Shown here piece after piece: positions 10,590 through 22,200 of a DNA stretch of 64,000 bases. The DNA is from Squalus acanthias (lineage: Eukaryota): assembly GCA_030390025.1 (NCBI GenBank), contig CM059438.1, forward strand, positions 54,438,001-54,502,000, written 5' to 3'. Position 1 is the first letter of the stretch. The number at the start of each line of letters is the position of its first letter. A program made the position numbers and the translations under genes. The notes beneath the pieces are model-generated. The model did not search any database. It saw only the letters and a list, made by a program, of their open reading frames with translations, and was not told the DNA's origin.

Positions 10590-11080
10590 ATAAGGTTGGT
10601 GAGCTGCAGGCACAAGTTGTCACATGGGATTATGATATAGTGGCAATAACGGAGACCTGGCTCAAACAAGGGCAGGAATGGGAACTTAATAATGGCTACA
10701 ATGTATTTAGGAGGAATAGGGAAGAAAAAAAGGAGGAGGGGGCGGGGGGCGGCGGCAGCATTAATCAAAGATACTGTTACAGCCCTAGAAAGGGATGATG
10801 TGCTTGAAGGTTCAAAGGCAGAATCTATTTGGTTAGAGTTAAGGATCAGAAGAGGAGCTGTAACGCTGTTGCGTGTATACTGCAGGCCACCAAATAGTGG
10901 GAAGGAAATGGAGGAGCAAACAGAAAAATGTACTTTAGAGTAGTGATAATGAGGGACTTCAATTATCCTAATATAGACTGGGGGGGAACAAACAGTGTAA
11001 AGGGTAAGGAGGGGGAGAAATTCCTGAAATGTGTCCAGGACAATTTCCTTGATCAGCATGTTTCCAGCCTAACAAGAAAG
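10590..11080 (+). mobile_element. Older CR1 LINE, endonuclease region, right part
   Basis: AITETWLK, ESIWLEL, YCRPPNS, DFNYPNIDW. Confidence 0.85.
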
Positions 11081-11081
11081 G

Positions 11082-11280
11082 AATCATAGAATCTTACAGC
11101 ACAGAAGGAGGCCGTTCGGCCTGTCGTGCCTGTGCTGGCTCTCTGAAAGAGCTGTCCAATTTAATCCCAAACTCCAGCTTTTTCCCCATAAACCTGCAAA
11201 TTAGTTCTCTTCAAATACATGTCCAATTGCCTTTTGAAAGTTCCCATGGAATCTGATTCCACCAGCCTTTCAGGTAGTGC
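11082..11280 (-). mobile_element. CR1 3'-end fragment
   Basis: Tail ATCATAGAATC followed by a CR1 3'UTR similar to 58981 and 62745. Confidence 0.8.
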
Positions 11281-12367
11281 ATGGTTTGAGGATTGGTTAA
11301 CGGACAGAAAACAGAGAGTAGGATGGCAGGGTGTAACTAGTGGGGTACCGCAAGGATCAATGTTGGGGCCTCAGCTATTTACAATCTATATTAATGACCT
11401 AGACGAAGGGACCGAGTGTAATGTATCCAAGTTTGCTGATGATACAAAGCTAAGTGGGACAGTAAGCTGTGAGGAGAACACAAAGAGTCTGCAAAGGGAT
11501 ATAGATAGACTAAGTGAGTGGGCAGTAAGGTGGCAGATGGAGTATAATGTAGGGAAATGTGAGGTTATTCACTTTGGTAGGAAGAATAGAAAAACAGAAT
11601 ATTTTTTAAATGGTGAGAAACTTTCAAATGTTGGTGTTCAGTGAGATTTGGATGTCCTCGTGTAAGAAACACAGAAAGCTACCATACAGATACAGCAAGC
11701 AATAAGGAAGGCAAATGGCATGTTGGCCTTTATTGCAAGGGGGTTGGAGTATAAGAGTAAGGAAGTCTTGTTACAATTGTACAGGGCCTTGGTGAGACCA
11801 CACCTGGAGTACTGTGCACAGTTTTGGTCTCCTTATCTAAGGAAGGATATACTTGCCTTGGAGGTGGTGCAACGAAGGTTCACTAGATTGATTCCTGGGA
11901 TGAGAGGGTTGTCCTATGATGAGAGATTGTGTAGAATGGGCCTATACTCTCTGGAGTTTAGAAGAATGAGAGATGATCTCATTGAAACGTACAAGATTCT
12001 GAAGGGGATTGACAGGGTAGATGCTGAGAGGCTGTTTCCCCTGGCTGGAGTGTCTAGAACTAGGGGGCATAGTCTCAGGATAAAGGGTTGGCCATTTAAG
12101 ACTGAGATAAGGAGGAATTTCTTCACTCAGAGGGTTGTGAATCTTTGGAATTCTCTGCCCCAGAGGGCTGTGGATGCTGAGTCTTTGAGTATATTCAAGG
12201 CTGAGAGCGATAGATTTTTGGACTCTAGGGGAATCAAGATATATGGAGATCGGGCGGGAAAGTGGAGTTGAGGTCGATGATCAGCCATGATCTTATTGAA
12301 TGGCGGAGGAGGCTCGAGGGGCCGTATGGCCGACTCCTGCTCTTATTTCTTATGTTCTTATGTTCTA
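11281..12367 (+). mobile_element. 5'-truncated CR1 LINE (RT C-terminal half, 3'UTR, tail)
   Basis: GVPQGSMLGP, KFADDTK, LVRPHLEYC, LWNSLP; tail TTCTTATGTTCTTATGTTCT. Confidence 0.92.
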
Positions 12368-12625
12368 AAATTCTTAGAGGGCTTGACGGGGTAGATGCTG
12401 AGAGGCTGTTTCCCCTGGCTGGAGAGTCTAGAACTAGGGGTCACAGTCTCAGGATCAGGGGTCACCATTTAGGACTGAGATGAGGAGAAATTTCTTCACT
12501 CAGAGGGTTGTGAATCCTTGGATCAGGCGGGAAAGTGGAGATGAGGTTGAAGATCGGCCATGATCTTATTGAATGGCGGAGCAGGCTCGAGGGGCCTTAC
12601 GGCCTACTCCTGCTCCTAATTCTTA
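12368..12625 (+). mobile_element. Second short CR1 3' fragment in tandem, internally deleted
   Basis: Repeats 11995-12150 and 12248-12350 at high similarity, lacking about 100 bp between them. Confidence 0.85.
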
Positions 12626-13595
12626 TGAGTTCCAGATTATCATAGCCCTCTGTATGAAATAATTTTTCCTCATTTCTCCTTTAGTTCTTTTGCCAATTAT
12701 TTTAAATCTGTGACCTCTGGTTACCAACCCACTTGCCAGAGGAAACAGCTTCTCCCTACTTGCTCTATCAAAACCCCTCATAATTTTGAATACCTCTATT
12801 AGGTCTCTTCTTAACCTTCTCTGTTCTAAGGAGAACAATCCCAGCTTCTCCAATCTCTCTACATAACTGAACTCCCTCATCCATGATATCATCCTAGTAA
12901 ACCTCCTCTGTACCCTCTCCAAGACCTCGACATCCTTCCTAAAGTGTGGCACCCAGAACTGTACACAATACTCCAGCTGAGGCTTAACCAGTGATTTGTG
13001 AAGGTTTAGCGTGACTTCCTTGTTTTTGTATTCAATGCCCCTATTTACAAAGCCAAGTATCCCATATGCTTTCTTAACCGCCTTATCAACTTGCCCTGCC
13101 ACCCTCAAGGATTTGGGAATATGCACCCCCAGGTCCCTCTGCTCTTGCACCCCCTCAAAATAGGACCATTTAGACTATACTGCCTCTCCATGTTGTTTCT
13201 CCCAAAGTGCATCACTCCACACTTATCCGCATTAAATTGTATCTGCCATGTGTCTGCCCATTTCATCAGTCTGTCTATGGCCTCCTGAAGTCTGCTACTA
13301 TTCCTCTCACTATTTACTACATTGCCAAGTTTTGTAGCATCCACAAACTTCAAAATTTTACTCCCGATACCCAAGTCCAGGTCATTTATATATAACAAGA
13401 AAAGCAATGGTCCCAATACCGACCTCTGAGGGACCCCACTGCAGACTTCTCTCCAGTCAGGAAAACAATCGTTCACCGCGACTCTCTGCTTTCTGTCCCT
13501 TAGCCAATTTCGGATCCACGCTGTCCCCTTTAATCCCATGGGCATCAATTTTGCTAACAAATCTATTATGTGGCACTTTATCAAATGCCTTTTTG
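12626..13595 (-). mobile_element. CR1 LINE RT fragment
   Basis: Minus-strand ORFs 13105-13617 (GVPQRSVLGP, KFVDATK) and 12623-13150 (LVKPQLEYC, IIWNS). Confidence 0.9.
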
Positions 13596-13725
13596 AAACA
13601 ACAACAACAACTTGCATTTATATGGCGCCTTTAACGAAGCAAAACATCCCAAGGCGCTTAACAAGAGCGTTATCAATCTTTTTTTTTGACACCCAGCCAC
13701 AGAAGGAGATATCAGGACAGATATC
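13596..13725 (-). mobile_element. L2-type 3' end fragment with (TTG)n tail
   Basis: (AAC)n followed by TTGCATTTATATGGCGCCTTT; its reverse complement resembles the L2 3' end at 57350-57486. Confidence 0.75.
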
Positions 13726-13789
13726 TGTTGACATCAAGTCATATTTAATTCTGTCACCGGGTAGCTGGGAGGACCCCATCTTCAAAGGC

Positions 13790-14937
13790 CAGGCACGCCG
13801 AGACTCCACTTATTTCCAGCACCTCCTCATTGTTAGCTGTGAGATATGAGGAGGTCCACCTCCGGTTCTCTGCCTCGCTCTTGTGTTCTGTGCTCCCTTC
13901 TCCTGCAACAAGGGAAAGACGAGACCTATGAGTGAGAGTTGAAGTGGGGAAAAGAGTTAAAATGACATCACTGGCAGCTCACGGAATGGGGTAAGAAAGA
14001 CAGTTACTGGCAGTCGATAACATGAAACTCCACATCCGTGAGGTGTAAAAAATAAACCTTCGGACAGACACCAGTTCTGCTTTTGTGACTGTGTTGTCTG
14101 GGTCACAGGGTTAACATGTTCTTTTTGTTTAACAGTTTAGGTTAATTAGCTATGCAGCTTGCACATGTACACCTTAAGATATGTAATCCAATCCGTGAAG
14201 GTGCACGCGGGCCAAGATCCAATCAGGTTGCGAGAGCAGATCATGCACGAGGCTTCCATGACTATTTGAATGTATAAATATGTAACGCTTACTGTATCAA
14301 TTTGGAGAAGTCTCCTGGTGCGCCAGTAGAGATTGTCTCCCCACCGGTGTAATAAAGACCATTTGAATAACGATCTAAAACCTTGTGTCGAGTGTTGGTT
14401 TAAAATACTCCACAACAGAGTAATAGCGTGTGTTCACCTGATGAATGGAGAGCATTTGTTGAGGGTGGCTATGAGGGATAGGCATTACATTGCATTAGGA
14501 TGAGGGTGGATGGACAGATGGGGATGTGAGGAAGTGCATAGACAGAGAGGGATGGGTGCACCTGCAAGGTAAGTTGGTGTGAGCGATGTGCTGGAGTAGG
14601 CTTGAGAAGACAGAGTGAGGGGAGTTAGGGTGATACGCACATCAGGATGTAGGGCAATTTGCCATTGCTTTCACCTTTCCTGCCCTGCTTAGGTCATTGA
14701 ATCGCTACCTGCATTGGATCCAGGAGCGTGGCACCATGCTCCTGCTGCTGAGCTCCTTGGGCACACCTTCTTGGTGTCTCCAGCCAGCTTCTTCCTCCCA
14801 TCGCTGGGAAACAGTATATCCCTCCGGCTGCTCACAGCCCCGAGCAGCACATCTAGGGAGGCGTCACTGAACCGAGGCAGCCTTTGACCTTCTGGACTCC
14901 ATTCTGGAAGTTCTTGCTCTTTGTCTCCCAATTCCAA
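13790..14937 (-). pseudogene. Two-exon Myb/SANT-like DNA-binding protein pseudogene (Harbinger accessory ORF)
   Basis: Exon 1 (14937-14675): RLPRFSDASLDVLLGAVSSRRDILF, frameshift, RSWIQCR*RFNDLSRAGK, then GT donor. Exon 2 begins at 13902 after TTCCCTTGTTGCAG: EKGAQNTRARQRTGGGPP. The intron is phase 0 on both sides. Confidence 0.82.
14092..14417 (+). mobile_element. Candidate solo LTR (326 bp) in the Myb-gene intron
   Basis: Ends TGTTGT...ACAACA; CCAAT at 14219, TATAAA at 14273 and AATAAA at 14351 in LTR order. TSD is imperfect (GACTG/GAGTA). Confidence 0.6.
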
Positions 14938-15167
14938 ACTCCTTCAACTTGCATGTTTGGAGTGTCCCTTTAAATAGTGGAGTTGAAATTGCATCATGTG
15001 GGTCCTCATCACGCCCACTGACGTTAATTGGTCGGGAAACCTGGTAATGATATGGTAGTGCAGTCGCTGTGTTAAAAAGCCACTGACTTGGGGCTTTCTC
15101 GCACGCTACCAGACCGCCCCCCACCACAACCCCGCTCCCAGCGCGTCGCGATCTTAAAATCCAACCA

Positions 15168-15715
15168 ATAGAGTACAAAAGCAAGGAAATTATGCTAAAC
15201 CTTTGTAAAACACTGGTTAGGCGCCAGCTGGAGTATTGTGTCCAATTCTGGGCACCAAACTTTAGGAAGGATGTCAAGGCTTTGGAGAGGGTGCAGAAGA
15301 AATTTACTAGAATCCAGGGATGAGGGTCTTCAGTTACGTGGAGAAGCTGGCGTTGTTCTCCTTAGAGCAGAGAAGATTATGGGGAGATTGAATAGAAGTG
15401 TTCAAAATCATGAACGATTTTGATAGAGTAAATAAGGAGAAACTGTTTCCAGTGGCAGAAGGGTCGGTAATCAGAGGACACAGATTTAAGGTAATTGGCA
15501 AAAGAACCAGAGGGAACACGAGAGAAAAAAAATTATGCAGCGAGTTGTTATGATCTGGAATGCGCTGCCTGAAAGGGCGGTGGAAGCAGATTCAATAATA
15601 ACTTTCAAAAGGGAATCAGATAAATACTTGAAGGGGAAAGATTTGCAGGGCTATGGGGAAAGAGCAGGGGGAGTGGGACTAATTGAATAGTGGTTTTAAA
15701 GAGCTGGCACAGGCA
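15168..15715 (+). mobile_element. CR1 3' fragment running directly into the GA-rich repeat
   Basis: IEYKSKEIML..LVRRQLEYC, IWNALP, GYGERAGEWD*, then partial 3'UTR with no tail. Confidence 0.9.
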
Positions 15716-18700
15716 AGAGGGAGAGGGAGAGAAGGGACGACCGGGAGAGGGAGGAGAGGAACTGACCGGGAGAGGGAGGGGGAACTGACCGGGAGAGGGA
15801 GCGGGGAACTGACCGGGAGAGGGAGGGGGGAACTCACCGGGAGAGGGAGGGGGAAACTGACCGGGAGAGGGAGCGGGGAACTGACCGGGAGAGGGAAGGG
15901 GAAACTGACCGGGAGAGGGAGGGGGAACTGACCAGAGAGGGAGGGAGGAACTGACCGGGAGAGGGAGGGGGAAACTGACCGGGAGAGGGAGGGGGAAACT
16001 GACCAGGAGAGGGAGGGGGGAACTGACCGGGAGAGGGAGGGGGGAACTGACCGGGAGAGGGAGCGGGGAACTGACCGGGAGAGGGAGGGGGAAACTGACC
16101 GGGAGAGGGAGGGGGAAACTGACCAGGAGAGGGAGGGAGGAACTGACCGGGAGAGGGAGGGGGAAACTGACCGGGAGAGGGAGAGGGGAACTGACCGGGA
16201 GAGGGAGGGGGAACTGACCGGGAGAGGGAGGGGGAAACTGACCAGAAGAGGGAGGGAGGAACTGACCGGGAGAGGGAGGGGGAAACTGACCGGGAGAGGG
16301 AGGGGGGAACTGACCGGGAGAGGGAGGGAGGGACTGACCGGGAGAGGGAGGGAGGGACTGACCGGGAGAGGGAGTGGGGGAACTGACCGGGAGAGGGAGG
16401 GAGGGACTGACTGGGAGAGGGAGGGAGGGACTGACCGGGAGAGGGAGTGGGGGAACTGACCGGGAGAGGGAGGGAGGGACTGACCGGGAGAGGGAGGGAG
16501 GGACTGACCGGGAGAGGGAGTGGGGGAACTGACCGGGAGAGGGAGGGAGGGACTGACCAGGAGAGGGAGGGAGGGACTGACCGGGAGAGGGAGTGGGGGA
16601 ACTGACCGGGAGAGGGAGGGAGGGACTGACCGGGAGAGGTAGGGAGGGACTGACCGGGAGAGGGAGTGGGGGAACTGACCGAGAGAGGGAGGGAGGGACT
16701 GACCGGGAGAGGGAGTGGGGGAACTGACCGGGAGAGGGAGGGGAGGAACTGACCGGGAGAGGGAGGGACTGACCGGGAGAGGGAGGGGGGAACTGACCGG
16801 GAGAGGGAGGGGGGAACTGACCGGGAGAGGGAGGGACTGACCGGGAGAGGGAGGGGGGGACTGACCAGGAGAGGGAGGGGGAAACTGACCGGGAGAGGGA
16901 GGGGGGAACTGACCGGGAGAGGGAGCGGGGAACTGACCGGGAGAGGGAGCGGGGAACTGACCGGGAGAGGAAGCGGGGAACTGACTGGCAGAGGGAGGGG
17001 AAAACTGACTGGGAGAGGGAGGGGGAAACTGACCAGGAGAGGGAGGGGGAAACTGACCGGGAGAGGGAGGGGGGAACTGACCGGGAGAGGGAGCGGGGAA
17101 CTGACCGGGAGAGGGAGCGGGGAACTGACCAGGAGAGGGAGTGGGGGAACTGACTGGCAGAGGGAGGGGGAAACTGACCGGGAGAGGGAGTGGGGGAACT
17201 GACCGGGAGAGGGAGGGAGGGACTGACCGGGAGAGGGAGCGGGGAAACTGACCGGGAGAGGGAGCAGGTGAACTGACCGGGAGAGGGAGCGGGGAACTGA
17301 CCGGGAGAGGGAGTGGGGGAACTGACTGGCAGAGGGAGGGGGAAACTGACCGGGAGAGGGAGTGGGGGAACTGACCGGGAGAGGGAGCGGGGAAACTGAC
17401 CGGGAGAGGGAGTGGGGGAACTGACCGTGATAGGGAGTGGGGGAACTGACTGGGATAGGGAGGGAGGAACTGACCGGGAGAGGGAGGGAGGAACTGACCG
17501 GGAGAGGGAGCGGGGAAACTGACCGGGAGAGGGAGTGGGGGAACTGACCGTGATAGGGAGTGGGGGAACTGACTGGGATAGGGAGGGAGGAACTGACCGG
17601 GAGAGGGAGGGAGGAACTGACCGGGAGAGGGAGCGGGGAACTGACCGGGAGAGGGAGCGGGACTGACCGGGAGAGGGAGGGAGGGGGGAACTGACCGGGA
17701 GAGGGAGGGGGGAACTGACCGGGAGAGGGAGCGGGACTGACCGGGAGAGGGAGGGAGGGACTGACCGGGAAAGGGAGGGTGGGAACTGACCGGGAGAGGG
17801 AGTGGGGGAACTGACTGGCAGAGGGAGGGGGAAACTGACCGGGAGAGGGAGTGGGGGAACTGACCGGGAGAGGGAGGGAGGAACTGACCGGGAGAGGGAG
17901 CGGGGAAACTGACCGGGAGAGGGAGTGGGGGAACTGACCGTGATAGGGAGTGGGGGAACTGACTGGGATAGGGAGGGAGGAACTGACCGGGAGAGGGAGG
18001 GAGGAACTGACCGGGAGAGGGAGCGGGGAACTGACCGGGAGAGGGAGCGGGACTGACCGGGAGAGGGAGGGAGGGACTGACCGGGAGAGGGAGGGGGGAA
18101 CTGACCGGGAGAGGGAGCGGGACTGACCGGGAGAGGGAGGGAGGGACTGACCGGGAAAGGGAGGGTGGGAACTGACCGGGAGAGGGAGTGGGGGAACTGA
18201 CCGGGAGAGGGAGGGGGGAACTGACCGGGAGAGGGAGGGGGAAACTGACTGGCAGAGGGAGGGGGAAACTGACCGGGAGAGGGAGTGGGGGAACTGACCG
18301 GGAGAGGGAGGGAGGAACTGACCGGGAGAGGGAGCGGGGAAACTGACCGGGAGAGGGAGTGGGGGAACTGACCGTGATAGGGAGTGGGGGAACTGACTGG
18401 GATAGGGAGGGAGGAACTGACCGGGAGAGGGAGGGAGGAACTGACCGGGAGAGGGAGCGGGGAACTGACCGGGAGAGGGAGCGGGACTGACCGGGAGAGG
18501 GAGGGAGGGACTGACCGGGAGAGGGAGGGGGGAACTGACCGGGAGAGGGAGCGGGACTGACCGGGAGAGGGAGGGAGGGACTGACCGGGAAAGGGAGGGT
18601 GGGAACTGACCGGGAGAGGGAGTGGGGGAACTGACCGGGAGAGGGAGGGGGAAACTGACCGGGAGAGGGAGGGGGAAACTGACCAGGAGAGGGAGGGAGG

Positions 18701-18765
18701 AACTGACCGGGAGAGGGAGGGGGAAACTGACCGGGAGAGGGAGCGGGGAACTGACCGGGAGAGGG
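15716..18765 (+). repeat. Purine-rich tandem repeat, unit ~24 bp (range ~20-25), consensus ACTGACCGGGAGAGGGAGGGGGGA
   Basis: Direct reading; 8-aa periodicity in translations (PSPGQFPP). Roughly 125 copies by length; cut off by the gap. Confidence 0.97.
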
Positions 18766-19265
18766 NNNNNNNNNNNNNNNNNNNNNNNNNNNNNNNNNNN
18801 NNNNNNNNNNNNNNNNNNNNNNNNNNNNNNNNNNNNNNNNNNNNNNNNNNNNNNNNNNNNNNNNNNNNNNNNNNNNNNNNNNNNNNNNNNNNNNNNNNNN
18901 NNNNNNNNNNNNNNNNNNNNNNNNNNNNNNNNNNNNNNNNNNNNNNNNNNNNNNNNNNNNNNNNNNNNNNNNNNNNNNNNNNNNNNNNNNNNNNNNNNNN
19001 NNNNNNNNNNNNNNNNNNNNNNNNNNNNNNNNNNNNNNNNNNNNNNNNNNNNNNNNNNNNNNNNNNNNNNNNNNNNNNNNNNNNNNNNNNNNNNNNNNNN
19101 NNNNNNNNNNNNNNNNNNNNNNNNNNNNNNNNNNNNNNNNNNNNNNNNNNNNNNNNNNNNNNNNNNNNNNNNNNNNNNNNNNNNNNNNNNNNNNNNNNNN
19201 NNNNNNNNNNNNNNNNNNNNNNNNNNNNNNNNNNNNNNNNNNNNNNNNNNNNNNNNNNNNNNNNN
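18766..19265. other. Assembly gap (500 N)
   Basis: Run of exactly 500 N, which suggests a fixed-size scaffold spacer. Confidence 0.99.
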
Positions 19266-22200
19266 CACTCCCAGTAATTGTGTTAATCCACTCCCAGTAA
19301 TTGTGTTTAATCCACTCACAGTGATTGTGTTTAATCGCACTCCCAGTGATTGTGTTTAATCCCACTCCCAGTAATTGTGTTTAATCCCACTCCCAGTGAT
19401 TGTGTTTAATCCACTCCCAGTGATTGTGTTTAATCGCACTCCCAGTGATTGTGTTTAATCCCACTCCCAGTGATGTGTTTAATCCCACTCCCAGTAATTG
19501 TGTTTAATCCCACTCCCAGTGATAGTGTTTAATCCCACTCCCAGTGATTGGTTTAATCCCCTCCCAGTAATTGTGTTTAATCCCACTCCCAGTAATTGTG
19601 TTTAAATCCCACTACCAGCTGATTGTGTTTAATCCCATCCCAGTGATTGTTTAATCCGCTCCCAGTGATTGTTTAATCCCACTCCCAGTGATTGTGTTTA
19701 ATCCCACTCCCAGTGATTGTGTTAATCCCACTCCCAGTGAATTGTGTTTAATCCCCACTCCCAGTGATTGTGTTTAATCCCACTCCAGTGATTGTGTTTA
19801 ATCCCCACTCCAGTGAATTGTGTTTAATCCCCACATCCCAGTAATTGTGTTTATCCCACTCCCAGTAATTGTGTTTAATCCACTCCCAGTAATTGTGTTT
19901 AATCCACTCCAGTGATTGTGTTTAATCCCACTCCAGTAATTGTGTTTAATCCCACTCCCAGTAATTGTGTTTAATCCCACTCCAGTGATTGTGTTTAATC
20001 CCACTCCCAGTAATTGTGTTTAATCCACTCCAGTGATTGTGTTTAATCCCACTCCAGTAATTGTGTTTAATCCCACTCCCAGTAATTGTGTTTAATCCCA
20101 CTCCCAGTGATTGTGTTTAATCCCACTCCAAGTAATTGTGTTTAATCCCACTCCCAGTGATTGTTTAATCCCACTCCCAGTAATTGTGTGTTTAATCCAC
20201 TCCAGTGATTGTGTTTAATCCCACTCCCAGTAATTGTGTTTAATCCCACTCCCAGTAATGTGTTTAATCCCACTCCAGTATTGTGTTTAATCCACTCCCA
20301 GTCATTGTTTAATCCCACTCCCAGTGATTGTGTTCAATCCCACTCCCAGTAATTGTGTTTAATCCCACTCCCAGTGATTGTGTTTAATCCCACTCACAGT
20401 AATTGTGTTTAATCCCACTCCCAGTGATTGTGTTAATCCCACTCCCAGTGATTGTGTTTAATCCCACTCCCAGTGATTGTTTAATCCCACTCCCAGTGAT
20501 TGTGTTTAATCCCACTCCCAGTGATTGTTTAATCCCACTCCCAGTAATTGTGTTTAATCGCACTCCCAGTAAATGTGTTTAATCGCACTCCCAGTGATTG
20601 TGTTTAATCCCACTCCCAGTAATTGTGTTTAATCCCATTCCCAGTGATTGTGTTTAATCCCACTCCCAGTAATTGTGTTTAATCCCACTCCCAGTAATTG
20701 TGTTTAATCCCACTCCAGTGATTGTGTTTAATCCCACTCCCAGTGATTGTGTTTAATCCCACACCCAGTAATTGTGTTTAATCGCACTCCCAGTAAATGT
20801 GTTTAATCGCACTCCCAGTAATTGTGTTTAATCCCACTCCCAGTGATTGTGTTTAATCCACTCCCAGTAATTGTGTTTAATCGCACTCCCAGTAATTGTG
20901 TTTAATCCCACTCCCAGTGATTGTGTTTAATCCCACTCCCAGTAATTGTGTTTAATCCCACTCCCAGTATTGTGTTTAATCGCACTCCCAGTAATTGTTT
21001 AATCCCACTCCCAGTAATTGTGTTTAATCCCACTCCCAGTGATTGTGTTTAATCCACTCCCCAGTAGATTGTGTTTAATCGCACTCCCAGTAATTGTGTT
21101 TAATCCCACTCCCAGTGATTGTGTTTAATCCCACTCCAGTAATTGTGTTTAATCCCACTCCCAGTATTGTGTTTAATCGCACTCCCAGTGATTGTGTTTA
21201 ATCCCACTCCCAGTGATTGTGTTTAATCGCACTCCCAGTGATTGTGTTTAATCGCACTCCCCGTAATTGTGTTTAATCGCCACTCCCAGTAATTGTGTTT
21301 AATCCCACTCCCATGAATTGTGTTTAATCCCACTCCAGTAATTGTGTTTAATCGCACTCCCAGTAATTGGTTTAATCCCACTCCCAGTGATTGTGTTTAA
21401 TCCCCACTCCCAGTGATTGTGTTTAATCGCACTCCCAGTGATTGTGTTTAATCCCACTCCCAGTAATTGTGTTTAATCCCACTCCCAGTAATTGTGTCTT
21501 AATCGCACTCCAGTAATTGTGTTTAATCCCACTCCCAGTAATTGTGTTTAATCCCACTCCCAGTAATTGTGTTTAATCCCACTCCAGTAAATGTGTTTAT
21601 CCCACTCCCAGTAATTGTGTTTAATCCACTCCAGTAAATGTGTTTAATCCCACTCCCAGTGATTGTGTTTAATCGCACTCCCAGTAATTGTGTTTAATCC
21701 ACTCCCAGTGATTGTGTTTAATCCCACTCCCAGTAATTGTGTTTAATCCCACTCCCAGTAATTGTGTTTAATCCCACTCCCAGTGATTGTGTTTAATCCC
21801 ACTCCCAGTGATTGTGTTTAATCCCACTCCCAGTAATTGTGTTTAATCCCACTCCCAGTAATTGTGTTTAATCCCACTCCCAGTAATTGTGTTTAATCCC
21901 ACTCCCAGTGATTGTGTTTAATCCACTCCCAGTAATTGTGTTTAATCCACTCCCAGTGATTGTGTTTAATCCCACTCCCAGTAATTGTGTTTAATCCCAC
22001 TCCCAGTAATTGTGTTTAATCCCACTCCCAGTGATTGTGTTTAATCCCACTCCCAGTGATTGTGTTTAATCCCACTCCCAGTAATTGTGTTTAATCCCAC
22101 TCCCAGTAATTGTGTTTAATCCCACTCCCAGTGATTGTGTTTAATCCCACTCCCAGTGATTGTGTTTAATCCCACTCCCAGTGATTGTGTTTAATCGCAC

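Larger units (their letters stand above)
13730..15166 (-). mobile_element. Decayed PIF/Harbinger-type DNA transposon (Myb-gene end)
   Basis: Contains a Myb/SANT gene remnant. Candidate terminus GGTTGGATTTT (minus strand) at ~15156-15166 resembles other GG.....ATTTT termini in the window. The other end is not seen. Confidence 0.65.

Noticed and set aside
11082..12367. Twin-priming inversion at 11280
   Set aside because: Each segment has its own distinct 3'UTR and tail, so they are two independent insertions.
15679..19365. 1228-aa and 1168-aa Pro/Ser-rich ORFs (mucin/extensin-like)
   Set aside because: Artefacts of a stop-poor tandem repeat that is open in several frames and read through the N gap.
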